From Acidimicrobiales bacterium (lineage in GTDB: Bacteria; Actinomycetota; Acidimicrobiia; Acidimicrobiales; CADCTF01), in assembly GCA_035540495.1 (NCBI GenBank), contig DATLGL010000064.1:68265-132264 (forward strand): 64,000 bases of DNA. Reading direction: 5' to 3'. Numbering within the stretch: the stretch's first letter is position 1; each line of letters begins with the position of its first letter. Below are positions 36,958-46,102 of the stretch, in pieces. The notes beneath the pieces were generated by a model. The model was given only the letters and a program-made list of their open reading frames with translations, was not told the DNA's origin and ran no database searches. A program made the translations under genes and the position numbers.

Positions 36958-37899
36958 ATGAAGTTGCGCGTCTTCACCGAGCCCCAGCAGGGCGCCTCCT
37001 ACGACCAGCTCCTTGCTGTCGCCCGCACCGCGGAGGAGCTCGGCTTCGACGCCTTCTTCCGCAGCGACCACTACCACCACATGGGCCCTGGCGACGGCGT
37101 GCCGGGCCCCACCGACGCGTGGACGACACTCGCCGCGCTGGCGAGGGAGACGGCGACGATCCGGCTCGGGACGCTCGTCAGCTCCGCCACGTTCCGGCAT
37201 CCCGGGATCCTGGCGATACAGGTCGCGCAGGTCGACGCGATGAGCGGCGGCCGTGTCGAGCTCGGGCTCGGTGCCGGTTGGTTCGAGCAGGAGCACCTCG
37301 CCTACGGCATCCCGTTCCCGTCGTCGCTGCGGGAGCGTTTCGATCGCCTCGAAGATCAGCTCGCGATCGTGCGCGGCCTGTGGACCACGCCCGTCGGCGA
37401 GAGGTTCTCGTACGACGGTCGCTACCACAGCGTCGTCGAGTCGCCTGCTCTCCCGAAGCCCGAGCAGCGGCCTCACCCGCCGATCATCATCGGTGGCGGT
37501 GGGCCGAAGCGGACGCCACGACTCGCGGCACGCTACGCGAGCGAGTTCAACGCGCCGCCGTTCCCGCACACGGCCGACGTCGCCGGCGCGATGTTCAGCC
37601 GGGTGCGGGCCGCGTGCGAGAGCGAGGGCCGCGACCCGTCGACGATGACGTTCAGCGCAGCCGTCGTCGTCTGCGTCGGCGCGACCGAGGGCGAGCTTCA
37701 CCGCCGGGCCGGCGCCCTGCAGCGTCCGCTCGACCAGATCCGCTCAGGGGCTGCGGTCGGGACACCACAGGAAGTCGTCGACAAGCTCGCCGCGTACGGC
37801 CAGGCAGGCGCCGATCGCATCTATCTGCAGACGTTCGACCTCGACGACCTCGATCACCTCCGCCTCGTCGCGGCGGACGTCATGCCCCACCTCGCCTGA
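36958..37899 (+). CDS. luciferase-like (LLM class) F420-dependent oxidoreductase
   Basis: MKLRVFTEPQQGASYDQLL...GFDAFFRSDHY...RLGTLVS..TFRHP...VDAMSGGRVELGLGAGW, typical of the actinobacterial F420-LLM subfamily. Confidence 0.8.
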   Translation: MKLRVFTEPQQGASYDQLLAVARTAEELGFDAFFRSDHYHHMGPGDGVPGPTDAWTTLAALARETATIRLGTLVSSATFRHPGILAIQVAQVDAMSGGRVELGLGAGWFEQEHLAYGIPFPSSLRERFDRLEDQLAIVRGLWTTPVGERFSYDGRYHSVVESPALPKPEQRPHPPIIIGGGGPKRTPRLAARYASEFNAPPFPHTADVAGAMFSRVRAACESEGRDPSTMTFSAAVVVCVGATEGELHRRAGALQRPLDQIRSGAAVGTPQEVVDKLAAYGQAGADRIYLQTFDLDDLDHLRLVAADVMPHLA

Positions 37900-37915
37900 C
37901 GCGGCGACGCGCCGG

Positions 37916-38827
37916 TCAGGCGCCCTTCTTGAACGCGACCTGGAAGTCGAGCCCCGCACCCTCACCCGGCACGAGCGCGAACCCGCGCGGATCGGTCGGC
38001 GACGGGAACGACGCGAGGTCGAAGGTCCAGGTGCCGGTCTCCGCGTTGCGCTTCCCGAGCACGCACGAGCCCGCATCGAACGGCGGCGCGCCATCGAGCG
38101 GGATGGCTTCGCCGTCCTTCCAGTTCGCGGTGGTCACCTGACACGCCTGCACGACGACGGGGCCGTTCGTGCTCCGGGCACCTGCCGGGTCTTCTGCCAG
38201 CGTCAGCACCTTCTGGTCACCGGCGAGGCGGATGTAGCTGCGCTTGTCGTCGGTGAGGCGCACGCCGACCGGAAGCGTGCCCGACGGAACGCCCTGCGCG
38301 GCCAGCGGGGTGCCGGACTGGCGCGACGCCCACGTGCTGCCGACGATGCGAAGTGGTGCACCGGTCGTCGTGGTGTCGCTGTCGACGCTGTTGCCGTCGA
38401 AGACGAACGCCGGGGTGTCGTTCGACGACGGGAAGGACGTGTCGGCTGAGCCGGAGCTCGAGCCACCCGTGCTCCCGCCGAACGACTCGAACGATCCGCT
38501 CGGGCCGAACGACGGCGACGAGCCAGAGAACGCAGGCGTGCCCGCGAACGCTCCACTGTCTGCCACCCCCGGAGCCGCCGGCGGCACGGACGTCGCGGAG
38601 CCGGCGCCACCGGGCGCGGAAGCGCGCGTGCTGTCGAGGAGCGACGCGCTGTCGGAGAGTGCGCCCTCCACCGACTCGGGCTTCGGGAGGATCGCGAACG
38701 CGGCGAGGAGGATCACCAAGCCGATGGCGACCGGCCGGTACCGCCGAAGCGCACGACTGACGTCGCCCAACGTGATCACCGAAAGCGCCCCCATGAAGAA
38801 GGAGGATATTCGACGCGACTCGAACAA
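37916..38827 (-). CDS. membrane-anchored hypothetical protein
   Basis: One TM span (VAIGLVILLAAFAIL), a Ser/Gly-rich linker, and a roughly 150-aa C-terminal domain. The start is either TTG 38827 (track) or ATG 38794, neither with a clear SD. Confidence 0.55.
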   Translation of the reverse strand: MFESRRISSFFMGALSVITLGDVSRALRRYRPVAIGLVILLAAFAILPKPESVEGALSDSASLLDSTRASAPGGAGSATSVPPAAPGVADSGAFAGTPAFSGSSPSFGPSGSFESFGGSTGGSSSGSADTSFPSSNDTPAFVFDGNSVDSDTTTTGAPLRIVGSTWASRQSGTPLAAQGVPSGTLPVGVRLTDDKRSYIRLAGDQKVLTLAEDPAGARSTNGPVVVQACQVTTANWKDGEAIPLDGAPPFDAGSCVLGKRNAETGTWTFDLASFPSPTDPRGFALVPGEGAGLDFQVAFKKGA

Positions 38828-38894
38828 TTGACACTGGAGTCACTAACGTCGAAGCACCGAGCCGAGGGGGGCACGGGTTGGGGGTCAACACCGC

Positions 38895-41117
38895 GTGAGC
38901 AGCGACACCGTTGCGCGTCCGGCCGACGCCGAGCGCCGCGCCGCATCGCCGATCGACGACGACCGCGTCCGCAAGGCCGCCACCGCGCTCGCCGGCGCGC
39001 TCGTCTTCTACTGGGTCATGCAGCGCCTGTGGCCCGCGCCCATCGGCGTCTACCTGCAGGGCATGGTGATCGGCGGGCTCACCGCGCTGATCGCGTTCGG
39101 TCTCGCCCTGGTCTACCGGGCGAACCGCATCATCAACTTCGCCCAGGGCGATCTCGGTGGCGTTCCCGCCGCGCTCAGCGTCCTCCTGATCCTCGGGCCC
39201 GGCGTGAACTACTTCCTCGCCGTCCCGATCGGGCTGATCGCTGCGTTCGCGCTCGGCGGGATCGTCGAGTTCGTCTTCATCCGCCGGTTCTTCAAGGCGC
39301 CGCGGCTGATCCTCACCGTCGCGACCATCGCGGTCTCGCAGATCCTCGCCGGCGTCGCTACGGCGCTCCCCCGCGTGTTCGGGCTCTCCCGTCCCCCGAC
39401 CGACTTCCCGTCGCCGTTCACGTGGAGCTTCAGCGTCGGCACCGTCGTGTTCCGCGGCAACGAGGTCTTGGCGATGATCGCCGTGCCGCTCGTGATCGCG
39501 GCGCTCACGTTCCTCCTCCGCTACACCAACATCGGCATCGCGATCCGGGCCAGCGCAGAGGGCGCCGACCGCGCCGCGCTGCTCGGCGTGCCGGTCAAGC
39601 GCATCCAGACGATCGTGTGGGTCGTCGCGACCGTGCTCGGCTTCATCGCGATCTTCCTCCGGGCGGGCATCGTGGGCCTGCCGATCGGCAGCGTCCTCGG
39701 GCCGACGATCCTCATCCGGGCGCTGACCGCAGCGGTCCTCGGTCGGATGGAGAAGTTCCCCACGATCTTCGTCGCTTCTCTCGCCCTCGGCATCGTCGAG
39801 GCCAACATCATCTTCGCCACGGGCGAGCCCACCCTCGGTGACGCCGTGCTGTTCGTCATCGTGCTCGGCGCGCTGCTCCTGCAGCGGCGCGGCGCGGCCG
39901 CCCGGGTGGACGACGACCAGGCGAGCACCTGGCAGGCAGCGAGGGAGGTCCGCCCGATCCCCCGCGAACTCGCTCACCTCCCGGAGGTGAAGTGGGGCGT
40001 GCGTGGGCTGATCGCCCTGTTCGTGGGCTTCCTCGTCGTCTTCCCGCAGATCGCGAGCGACGCCCGCACCGACCTCGGCGGCGTCGTGCTCATCTTCGTG
40101 ATGATCGGGCTGTCGCTCGTTGTGCTCACCGGCTGGAGCGGCCAGGTCAGCCTCGGTCAGGTCGCCTTCCTCGGCATCGGTGCCGCGGTCGGCGGGTACC
40201 TGTCGAACACGCGCGGGTGGGACCTCTCGCTCGCGTTGCTCGGCGCCGGCGCGGCCGGCGCCATCGCGGCGATGGTGATCGGGCTCCCGGCGCTGCGGAT
40301 CCGGGGGTTGTTCCTCGCGGTGGTGACGCTGGCGTTCGCGCTGGCGACGTCGTCGTACGCGCTCAACGCCGAGTACATCTCGTGGCTGCCGGTCAACCGC
40401 CTCGAGCGGACGCCGCTGTTCGGGCGCATCAGCGTCGCCAGCGAAGACCGCATGTACTACCTCTGCCTCGTCTCGCTCTTCCTCATGGTCGCTGTCGTGC
40501 GGGGGATCAGGAAGAGCAGGACCGGGCGGGTGCTCATCGCGGTGCGCGAGAACTCGCGTGGCGCTCAGGCCTACGGGGTGAACGCCACCGTCGCGAAGCT
40601 CACCGCCTTCGCCATGTCGGGCTTCATCGCCGCCTTCGCCGGCGGCGTGTTCGTCCACCACCAGCAGGCGCTCGGCATCTCCGCCTACACGGTTCAGCAG
40701 AGCCGAGAGGCGTTCACCATGATCGTCATCGGCGGTCTCGGGTCGATCCCCGGAGCGTTCCTCGGCGCCTTCGTGATCAAGGGCGTCAGCTACTTCCAGA
40801 GCATCTTCCCCGAGATCATCCGGCCGTATCTGAACTTCTTCACGACCGGCGTCGGCTTGCTGTTCGTGCTCCTCGTCGTGCCCGGCGGGTTCAGCCAGCT
40901 CTTCTACGCGCTGCGCGACCGGCTCCTGCGAGCGGTCGCCGACCGACGAGGTCTCGTGGTGCCGAGCCTGATCGCCGACATGCGCGTCGCGGCCACCACG
41001 CCCGAGGAGGTCGCCGACGCAGGCCTCGTCACCGACGACTTCGACGTCGAAGCATCGCTCGCCCACGCCGCGGACGCGGTCGACGCAGACACCACGAAGG
41101 AGATGTCGAACGCATGA
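38895..41117 (+). CDS. fused LivH-like + LivM-like branched-chain/HAAT-family ABC permease (740 aa)
   Basis: The N half has INFAQGDLGG and IRASAEGADRAALLGV (LivH-like). The C half has LTGWSGQVSLGQVAFLGIGA and AVRENSRGAQAYGVN..KLTAFAMSG (LivM-like). There is no stop between the halves. Confidence 0.85.
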   Translation: MSSDTVARPADAERRAASPIDDDRVRKAATALAGALVFYWVMQRLWPAPIGVYLQGMVIGGLTALIAFGLALVYRANRIINFAQGDLGGVPAALSVLLILGPGVNYFLAVPIGLIAAFALGGIVEFVFIRRFFKAPRLILTVATIAVSQILAGVATALPRVFGLSRPPTDFPSPFTWSFSVGTVVFRGNEVLAMIAVPLVIAALTFLLRYTNIGIAIRASAEGADRAALLGVPVKRIQTIVWVVATVLGFIAIFLRAGIVGLPIGSVLGPTILIRALTAAVLGRMEKFPTIFVASLALGIVEANIIFATGEPTLGDAVLFVIVLGALLLQRRGAAARVDDDQASTWQAAREVRPIPRELAHLPEVKWGVRGLIALFVGFLVVFPQIASDARTDLGGVVLIFVMIGLSLVVLTGWSGQVSLGQVAFLGIGAAVGGYLSNTRGWDLSLALLGAGAAGAIAAMVIGLPALRIRGLFLAVVTLAFALATSSYALNAEYISWLPVNRLERTPLFGRISVASEDRMYYLCLVSLFLMVAVVRGIRKSRTGRVLIAVRENSRGAQAYGVNATVAKLTAFAMSGFIAAFAGGVFVHHQQALGISAYTVQQSREAFTMIVIGGLGSIPGAFLGAFVIKGVSYFQSIFPEIIRPYLNFFTTGVGLLFVLLVVPGGFSQLFYALRDRLLRAVADRRGLVVPSLIADMRVAATTPEEVADAGLVTDDFDVEASLAHAADAVDADTTKEMSNA

Positions 41118-44100
41118 CCGGGCTGAAGAAGCGCCTGCTCGGCGTCACCGGTGGAGCGAACCCGACGCCGCTCCTCGTCCTCTTCTCGCTGAACGCCGTC
41201 GACGAGCTCGACCGCGCCGCGTTCGCGGTGCTCACGCCGGAGATCCGAGACGCCTTCGGTCTCAACAACCAGGGCATCCTCTCGGTGATCGCGATCGTCG
41301 GCGCCCTGTCGTACGGGCTCCAGCCGTTCATCGGCTTCCTCGCCGACCGCAAGTCGCGGGTGCGCATCGCGATCCTCGGCGCTGCGATCTGGGCGAGCTT
41401 CACGGTCCTGACCGGGTTGGCTCCCTTCATCTGGGTGCTCATCATCGCCAGGTGCGGTACGGCGATCGGGCGGTTCGTCAACGACCCGACGCACAACTCG
41501 CTGCTCGCCGACTACTACGAGCCCGAGCACCGCATCAAGGTCTACGGCGTCCACCGGGCCGCGAACTCGGTCGGCCAGATCCTTGGCCCGCTCGCGGGCG
41601 GTTTCCTCGCTGCGGCCTTCACGTGGCGGGCGCCGTTCCTGGCGTTCCCGATCTTCACGGTTCTCGCGATCGTCTTCGCCGTCAGCAAGCTGCGCGAGCC
41701 GGTGCGCGGCCGCTTCGACCGCATGGCGATGGGTGCCAGCGAGGAGATCGCCGACACCGAAGAGACCGCCGCTTCGTTCGCGGAGAGCTGGCGCATCTGC
41801 AACCAGGTGATGACCTTGCGGCGCATCTGGCTGTCACTCCCCTTCCTGGCCGCGTCGCTGATCGGGCTCGGCTCGCTCACGTCCCTGTTCTACGAAGACG
41901 TCTTCGGGTTGAGCGAAGCCGAACGTGGTGTGATCGCCGCGATAGCCGAGCCGTTCCAGCTGCTCGGGATCCTCATCGGCATCCCGCTCGCGACGAAGCT
42001 CTTCAACCGGGGCCCGGGCCTCGTCCTCAAGTTCCTTGGCGTCGTCGGCACGCTCAGCGGCGTGTTCCTCGCCCTGTTCGCCCTGGCCCCGAGCGTGCCG
42101 ATCGCCGTCGGCCTGAACATCCTCGCCTCGTCGGTGCTCGGCATCCTCGGCCCCGGCATCAACGCCGTGCTCTCGCAGGCGATCCCGCCCCGGGCGCGCA
42201 GCCTCGGCTTCTCGATCGGGTCGCTCTACGTGATCCCGGGCTTCCTGATCCTGATCGTGATCGGCGGCTTCGCAGATTCGATCGGCATCCGTGGTGCCCT
42301 GATCATGATGTTGCCCGTCTTCCTCATCGGAGCGTTCATCATCGCCAGCGCGGGCTCGTTCGTCGAGGCCGACATCAACAAGGTCCGCACGTCCGCCGTC
42401 GCCCAGTCGGAAGTGCTGGCGGCCCGTCGCGACGGCCGGGCGAAGCTCCTCCTCGTGAAGGACCTCGACGTCGGCTACGACTCGGTGCAGGTGCTCTTCG
42501 GCGTGAACTTCGAGGTCGAGGAGGGCCAGATCATCGCCCTGCTCGGCACGAACGGCGCCGGCAAGTCGACCCTGCTCAAGGCGATCTCCGGTCTGCTCCC
42601 CGCATCTGCGGGCGCGGTGATCTTCGACGGCGTCGACATGACCTACGCCCCGCCCCAGGAGGTCGCCGGCCGCGGCGTCGTGCAGGTGCCCGGCGGCAAG
42701 GGCGTGTTCCCGACGCTGTCCGTCGAGGAGAACCTCAAGATCGCAGGGTGGATGTATCGCGGCGACCAGGAGTACGTGCAGCGCGCCACCGAGCAGGTGC
42801 TCGAGTACTTCCCGGTGCTGCGGGAGCGTTGGAACCAGCCGGCCGGGAACCTCTCGGGCGGCGAGCAGCAGATGCTCACCCTCGGCCAGGCGTTCATCAC
42901 CAAGCCCCGCCTGCTGATGATCGACGAGCTCTCCCTCGGCCTCGCCCCGATCATCGTCGAGCAGCTCCTCAAGATCGTGAAGGCGATCCAGGAGAACGGC
43001 ACCACGATCATCCTCGTCGAGCAGTCGGTGAACGTCGCCCTGACCGTGGCCGACACGGCGTTCTTCCTCGAGAAGGGTGAGATCCGGTTCCAGGGCCCGA
43101 CGGCGGAGCTGCTCGACCGTCCAGACGTCCTGCGCTCGGTCTTCCTCGAAGGCGCCGGATCGGTGGAGGGTGGCGAGGCGTCGAAGAAGCTGGCGCCAGC
43201 TCGCGCCCGCGGTGCGGTGACGGTCGACCGCGACGACGCACGCGTCGTTCTGGAGACGCGCAACCTGTCGAAGCGGTTCGGCGGCATCGTCGCCACGAAC
43301 GACGTCTCGTTCAAGCTCTACGAGAACGAGATCCTCGGCTTCATCGGCCCGAACGGCGCAGGCAAGACCACGCTCTTCGACGAGATCTCGGGGTTCCTCC
43401 CGCTCGACGGCGGACGCATCTTCCTCCTCGGAGAAGACGTGACGGAGCTCGGCCCGGACGGTCGGGCGCGACTCGGCCTCGGCCGGTCGTTCCAGGACGC
43501 TCGCCTCTTCCCTGCCCTGACCGTGCGCGACACGATCGCGGTCGCGCTCGAGCGCCAGATCGACGTGCGCGACCCGTTGGCCGCAGCCCTCAACCTGCCG
43601 TCGGTCGCGGACTCCGAGAACGACGTCGAAGCCAAGGTCGACGAGCTGATCGAGCTCATGGGCATCCAGGCCTTCGCCGACAAGTTCGTGTCGGAGCTCT
43701 CGACCGGCAGCCGGCGCATCGTCGACCTCGCGTGCATCCTCGCCCACGAGCCGAAGGTCATCCTCTTCGACGAGCCGTCGTCGGGCATCGCCCAGCGAGA
43801 GACCGAGGCGCTCGGCCCGCTCCTCCTCCGCATCCGCGAGACGACCGGGGCGAGCCTGCTCGTGATCGAGCACGACATGCCGCTCATCACCTCGATCTCC
43901 GACCGGATGATCGCCCTCGATCTGGGCACCGTCGTCACCGACGGGCCGCCGCACGAGGTCGTCAACCACCCACAGGTCGTGGCGTCGTACCTCGGCACCG
44001 ACGAGGCGGTCATCGCGCGCTCCGGCGGCCGCACGACCATCGGCTCCACCAACGGATCCACCAACGGCTCGACCCGCCGGCGCACCCGCCGGCGCACCGA

Positions 44101-44140
44101 GTCAGCAACGTCCACCACCACCACCATCACCAAGGGGTGA
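41114..44140 (+). CDS. MFS-domain / LivF-like ATPase / LivG-like ATPase triple fusion (1008 aa)
   Basis: ATG 41114 overlaps the upstream TGA (ATGA). Twelve hydrophobic spans with the motif-A-like GFLADRKSRVRIAILG. NBD1 carries GTNGAGKST / LSGGEQQ / LLMIDE. NBD2 carries GPNGAGKTT / LSTGSRR / ILFDEP and NHPQVVASYLG. The part of the track ORF upstream of 41114 is shadow sequence. Confidence 0.85.
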   Translation: MTGLKKRLLGVTGGANPTPLLVLFSLNAVDELDRAAFAVLTPEIRDAFGLNNQGILSVIAIVGALSYGLQPFIGFLADRKSRVRIAILGAAIWASFTVLTGLAPFIWVLIIARCGTAIGRFVNDPTHNSLLADYYEPEHRIKVYGVHRAANSVGQILGPLAGGFLAAAFTWRAPFLAFPIFTVLAIVFAVSKLREPVRGRFDRMAMGASEEIADTEETAASFAESWRICNQVMTLRRIWLSLPFLAASLIGLGSLTSLFYEDVFGLSEAERGVIAAIAEPFQLLGILIGIPLATKLFNRGPGLVLKFLGVVGTLSGVFLALFALAPSVPIAVGLNILASSVLGILGPGINAVLSQAIPPRARSLGFSIGSLYVIPGFLILIVIGGFADSIGIRGALIMMLPVFLIGAFIIASAGSFVEADINKVRTSAVAQSEVLAARRDGRAKLLLVKDLDVGYDSVQVLFGVNFEVEEGQIIALLGTNGAGKSTLLKAISGLLPASAGAVIFDGVDMTYAPPQEVAGRGVVQVPGGKGVFPTLSVEENLKIAGWMYRGDQEYVQRATEQVLEYFPVLRERWNQPAGNLSGGEQQMLTLGQAFITKPRLLMIDELSLGLAPIIVEQLLKIVKAIQENGTTIILVEQSVNVALTVADTAFFLEKGEIRFQGPTAELLDRPDVLRSVFLEGAGSVEGGEASKKLAPARARGAVTVDRDDARVVLETRNLSKRFGGIVATNDVSFKLYENEILGFIGPNGAGKTTLFDEISGFLPLDGGRIFLLGEDVTELGPDGRARLGLGRSFQDARLFPALTVRDTIAVALERQIDVRDPLAAALNLPSVADSENDVEAKVDELIELMGIQAFADKFVSELSTGSRRIVDLACILAHEPKVILFDEPSSGIAQRETEALGPLLLRIRETTGASLLVIEHDMPLITSISDRMIALDLGTVVTDGPPHEVVNHPQVVASYLGTDEAVIARSGGRTTIGSTNGSTNGSTRRRTRRRTESATSTTTTITKG

Positions 44141-44142
44141 CC

Positions 44143-46044
44143 ATGGGGAACTGGCAGAACGTCACGCTCGCCGACATCGCGAAGGGGTTCGCGCGCTACC
44201 GGCCCTTCATCGCTGTGCTGGCCGGCGTCATCCTCGTCGCCGCGTTCATGCCCGGGCAGAGTCGCGGTCCGTCTGATGTCACCGCGAGCGAGCTCGACGC
44301 CGCGCTCGGCACGACGCAGACGACGGTGGCCGGCGATGCCGCCGACGCCGGTGGCGACATCGCCTCGACCGACGGAACGACCGTCGACGGTGCGACCACG
44401 GCCGGCGTCACCGGAGGCGGTGGAACCGTCGGCACGGGCGGCCCGGCCCGCAGCGCGTCGACCGGCGGTTCGACTGCGGGCGCGACGTCGGGCGGCGGAG
44501 CCACGAGCACGGGAGCCCAGCCGGTGCCGGCAGGAACCGGTGCCGACTGCGATCCGGCCACCGGACGCATCCGCATCCCCACAAAGTTCGCTGCGCCGTG
44601 CAAGCCGATCGTCGCGAAGGCGCAGAACGGCGGCGCGACGTCGTTCGGGGTCACCGCCGACGAGATCACGATCGTCTGGTATCGCGGTGTCGCGGATCCG
44701 GCCGTCACCGCTGCGCTCACCGCGGCCGGTGCGGCCGACCAGCGCGAAGACGTCGACCACACGGTGCAGCAGTACGCCGACATCCTCACCCATCACTTCA
44801 ACCTGTACGGCCGCAAGATCAAGTTCCACATCCACAACGGCGACGCGAAGGCCGAAGACGACGCCCAAGGACGAGCCGACGCCAAGGCCGTCGTCGACAA
44901 GTACAAGCCGTTCGCCGTCATCAACTCGGTCAACAACGCGTTCGTCGACCAGCTCGTTGCCAGCAAGGTCATCTGCATCTGCACGACGTCGCAGCCGCAG
45001 GAGTTCTACGAGCAGCGGTTCCCGTACGCGGGGTGGACGACGCTGATGTCGTCGAGCCAGGGCTACATCCACCGCGCCGAGTACGTCGGGAAGCGCCTCG
45101 CTGGTCAGAAAGCAAGGTGGGCGGGCACCCGCGACGTCACCCAGCAGATGAACCAGGAGGAGCGGGTCTTCGGGCTCCTCTACTACGAGACCCCCGACAA
45201 CGCGTACCGGGGCGGCGTGGAGTTCTTCAAGAAGGAGCTCGCTCGGTACGGCGTGCAGCTCAAGGAGGTGCTCGCCTATCCGTCGAACCTCGCCCAGGCC
45301 CAGGAGCAGACCCGTTCGCTGATCTCGAAGCTCAAGGCATCGGGCGTCAACAGCGTGATCTTCTCTGGTGATCCGATCACCCCGGCGACGTTCACCACCG
45401 AGGCCCAGAACCAGCGCTGGCAGCCGGAGTGGATCATCACCGGCTCCGCCCTCGTCGACACGACCCTGTTCGCCCGCACCTACAACCAGGACCAGTGGTC
45501 GCGGGCATTCGGCATCTCGTACCTCTCGCTGCGGTTCCCCGAAGAGCAGACGACGTCGTTCAACATCCACCGTTGGCACACCGGCCAGCCGCCGCGGGCC
45601 GGCAACACCCATGGCGTGCTGTGGGCGCCGTTCTTCATCCTCGGCACGGGGATGCACATGGCGGGCCCGCAGCTGACGCCGCAGACGTTCGCCAAGGGGC
45701 TCTTCGAGTACCCGCCGACGGGCGGATTCGTGACGGCACCGCACACCTCGTACGGACGCCACGGCATCTGGGATCGCGACCCGTGGAAGCTGGTCGACCT
45801 CACGCAGTACGACGACGTCACCGAGATCTGGTGGGACCGCACCGCGACCGGCCCGGACGAGGTCGGCAACAACGGCGTCGGGATGTACCGCTACGTCGAC
45901 GGCGGCAAGCGATACCTGCCCGGTCAGCATCCGCAGACGCCGCCGAAGGCGTTCGACCCGAACGGGGCGCCGACGATCCTCGACCGTGCCCCCGAGAACG
46001 AGCGGGCGCCGGAGTACGAGCACAAGCACCACTACCACGGGTAG
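44143..46044 (+). CDS. TM-anchored type-I (LivJ-like) ABC substrate-binding protein (633 aa)
   Basis: AAGGGG precedes ATG 44143. An N-terminal TM span (FIAVLAGVILVAAF), a Gly/Thr/Ala linker, then GVTADEITIV...KPFAVINSV...VFGLLYYETPDNAYRGGV, typical of periplasmic-binding-protein type I. The tail is EYEHKHHYHG. Confidence 0.75.
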   Translation: MGNWQNVTLADIAKGFARYRPFIAVLAGVILVAAFMPGQSRGPSDVTASELDAALGTTQTTVAGDAADAGGDIASTDGTTVDGATTAGVTGGGGTVGTGGPARSASTGGSTAGATSGGGATSTGAQPVPAGTGADCDPATGRIRIPTKFAAPCKPIVAKAQNGGATSFGVTADEITIVWYRGVADPAVTAALTAAGAADQREDVDHTVQQYADILTHHFNLYGRKIKFHIHNGDAKAEDDAQGRADAKAVVDKYKPFAVINSVNNAFVDQLVASKVICICTTSQPQEFYEQRFPYAGWTTLMSSSQGYIHRAEYVGKRLAGQKARWAGTRDVTQQMNQEERVFGLLYYETPDNAYRGGVEFFKKELARYGVQLKEVLAYPSNLAQAQEQTRSLISKLKASGVNSVIFSGDPITPATFTTEAQNQRWQPEWIITGSALVDTTLFARTYNQDQWSRAFGISYLSLRFPEEQTTSFNIHRWHTGQPPRAGNTHGVLWAPFFILGTGMHMAGPQLTPQTFAKGLFEYPPTGGFVTAPHTSYGRHGIWDRDPWKLVDLTQYDDVTEIWWDRTATGPDEVGNNGVGMYRYVDGGKRYLPGQHPQTPPKAFDPNGAPTILDRAPENERAPEYEHKHHYHG

Positions 46045-46072
46045 CGGCGCCACGACAGCGAGGAAAGCGCGT

Positions 46073-46102
46073 AGAGGCCCCCTCCAGCCGGAGGGGGCCT
46101 CT
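46073..46102. terminator. bidirectional stem-loop terminator between convergent operons
   Basis: AGAGGCCCCCTCC-AGCC-GGAGGGGGCCTCT: a perfect 13-bp stem with a 4-nt loop. It lies 29 nt after the SBP stop and overlaps the stop codon of the minus-strand gene. The flanking T-tracts are weak. Confidence 0.65.

Noticed and set aside
38828-38849. TTGACA hexamer upstream of the transporter operon as a -35 box
   Set aside because: The only TANNNT-like element (TAACGT, 38844-38849) is 10 nt away rather than 16-19 nt, so I could not support a promoter call from sequence alone.
38217-41066. 949-aa minus-strand ORF
   Set aside because: It is antisense to the LivHM permease fusion and extremely rich in E/R/D/G/A/H, with no hydrophobic core pattern.
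39992-41113. 374-codon N-terminal extension of the track ORF containing the MFS-ATPase fusion
   Set aside because: It is an alternate frame over the LivM-like half of the permease and Arg/Pro-rich. The ATGA-coupled ATG at 41114 begins the hydrophobic MFS sequence.
43318-46053. 911-aa minus-strand ORF
   Set aside because: It is antisense to the ATPase fusion and SBP genes, has no motifs, and shows shadow-ORF composition.
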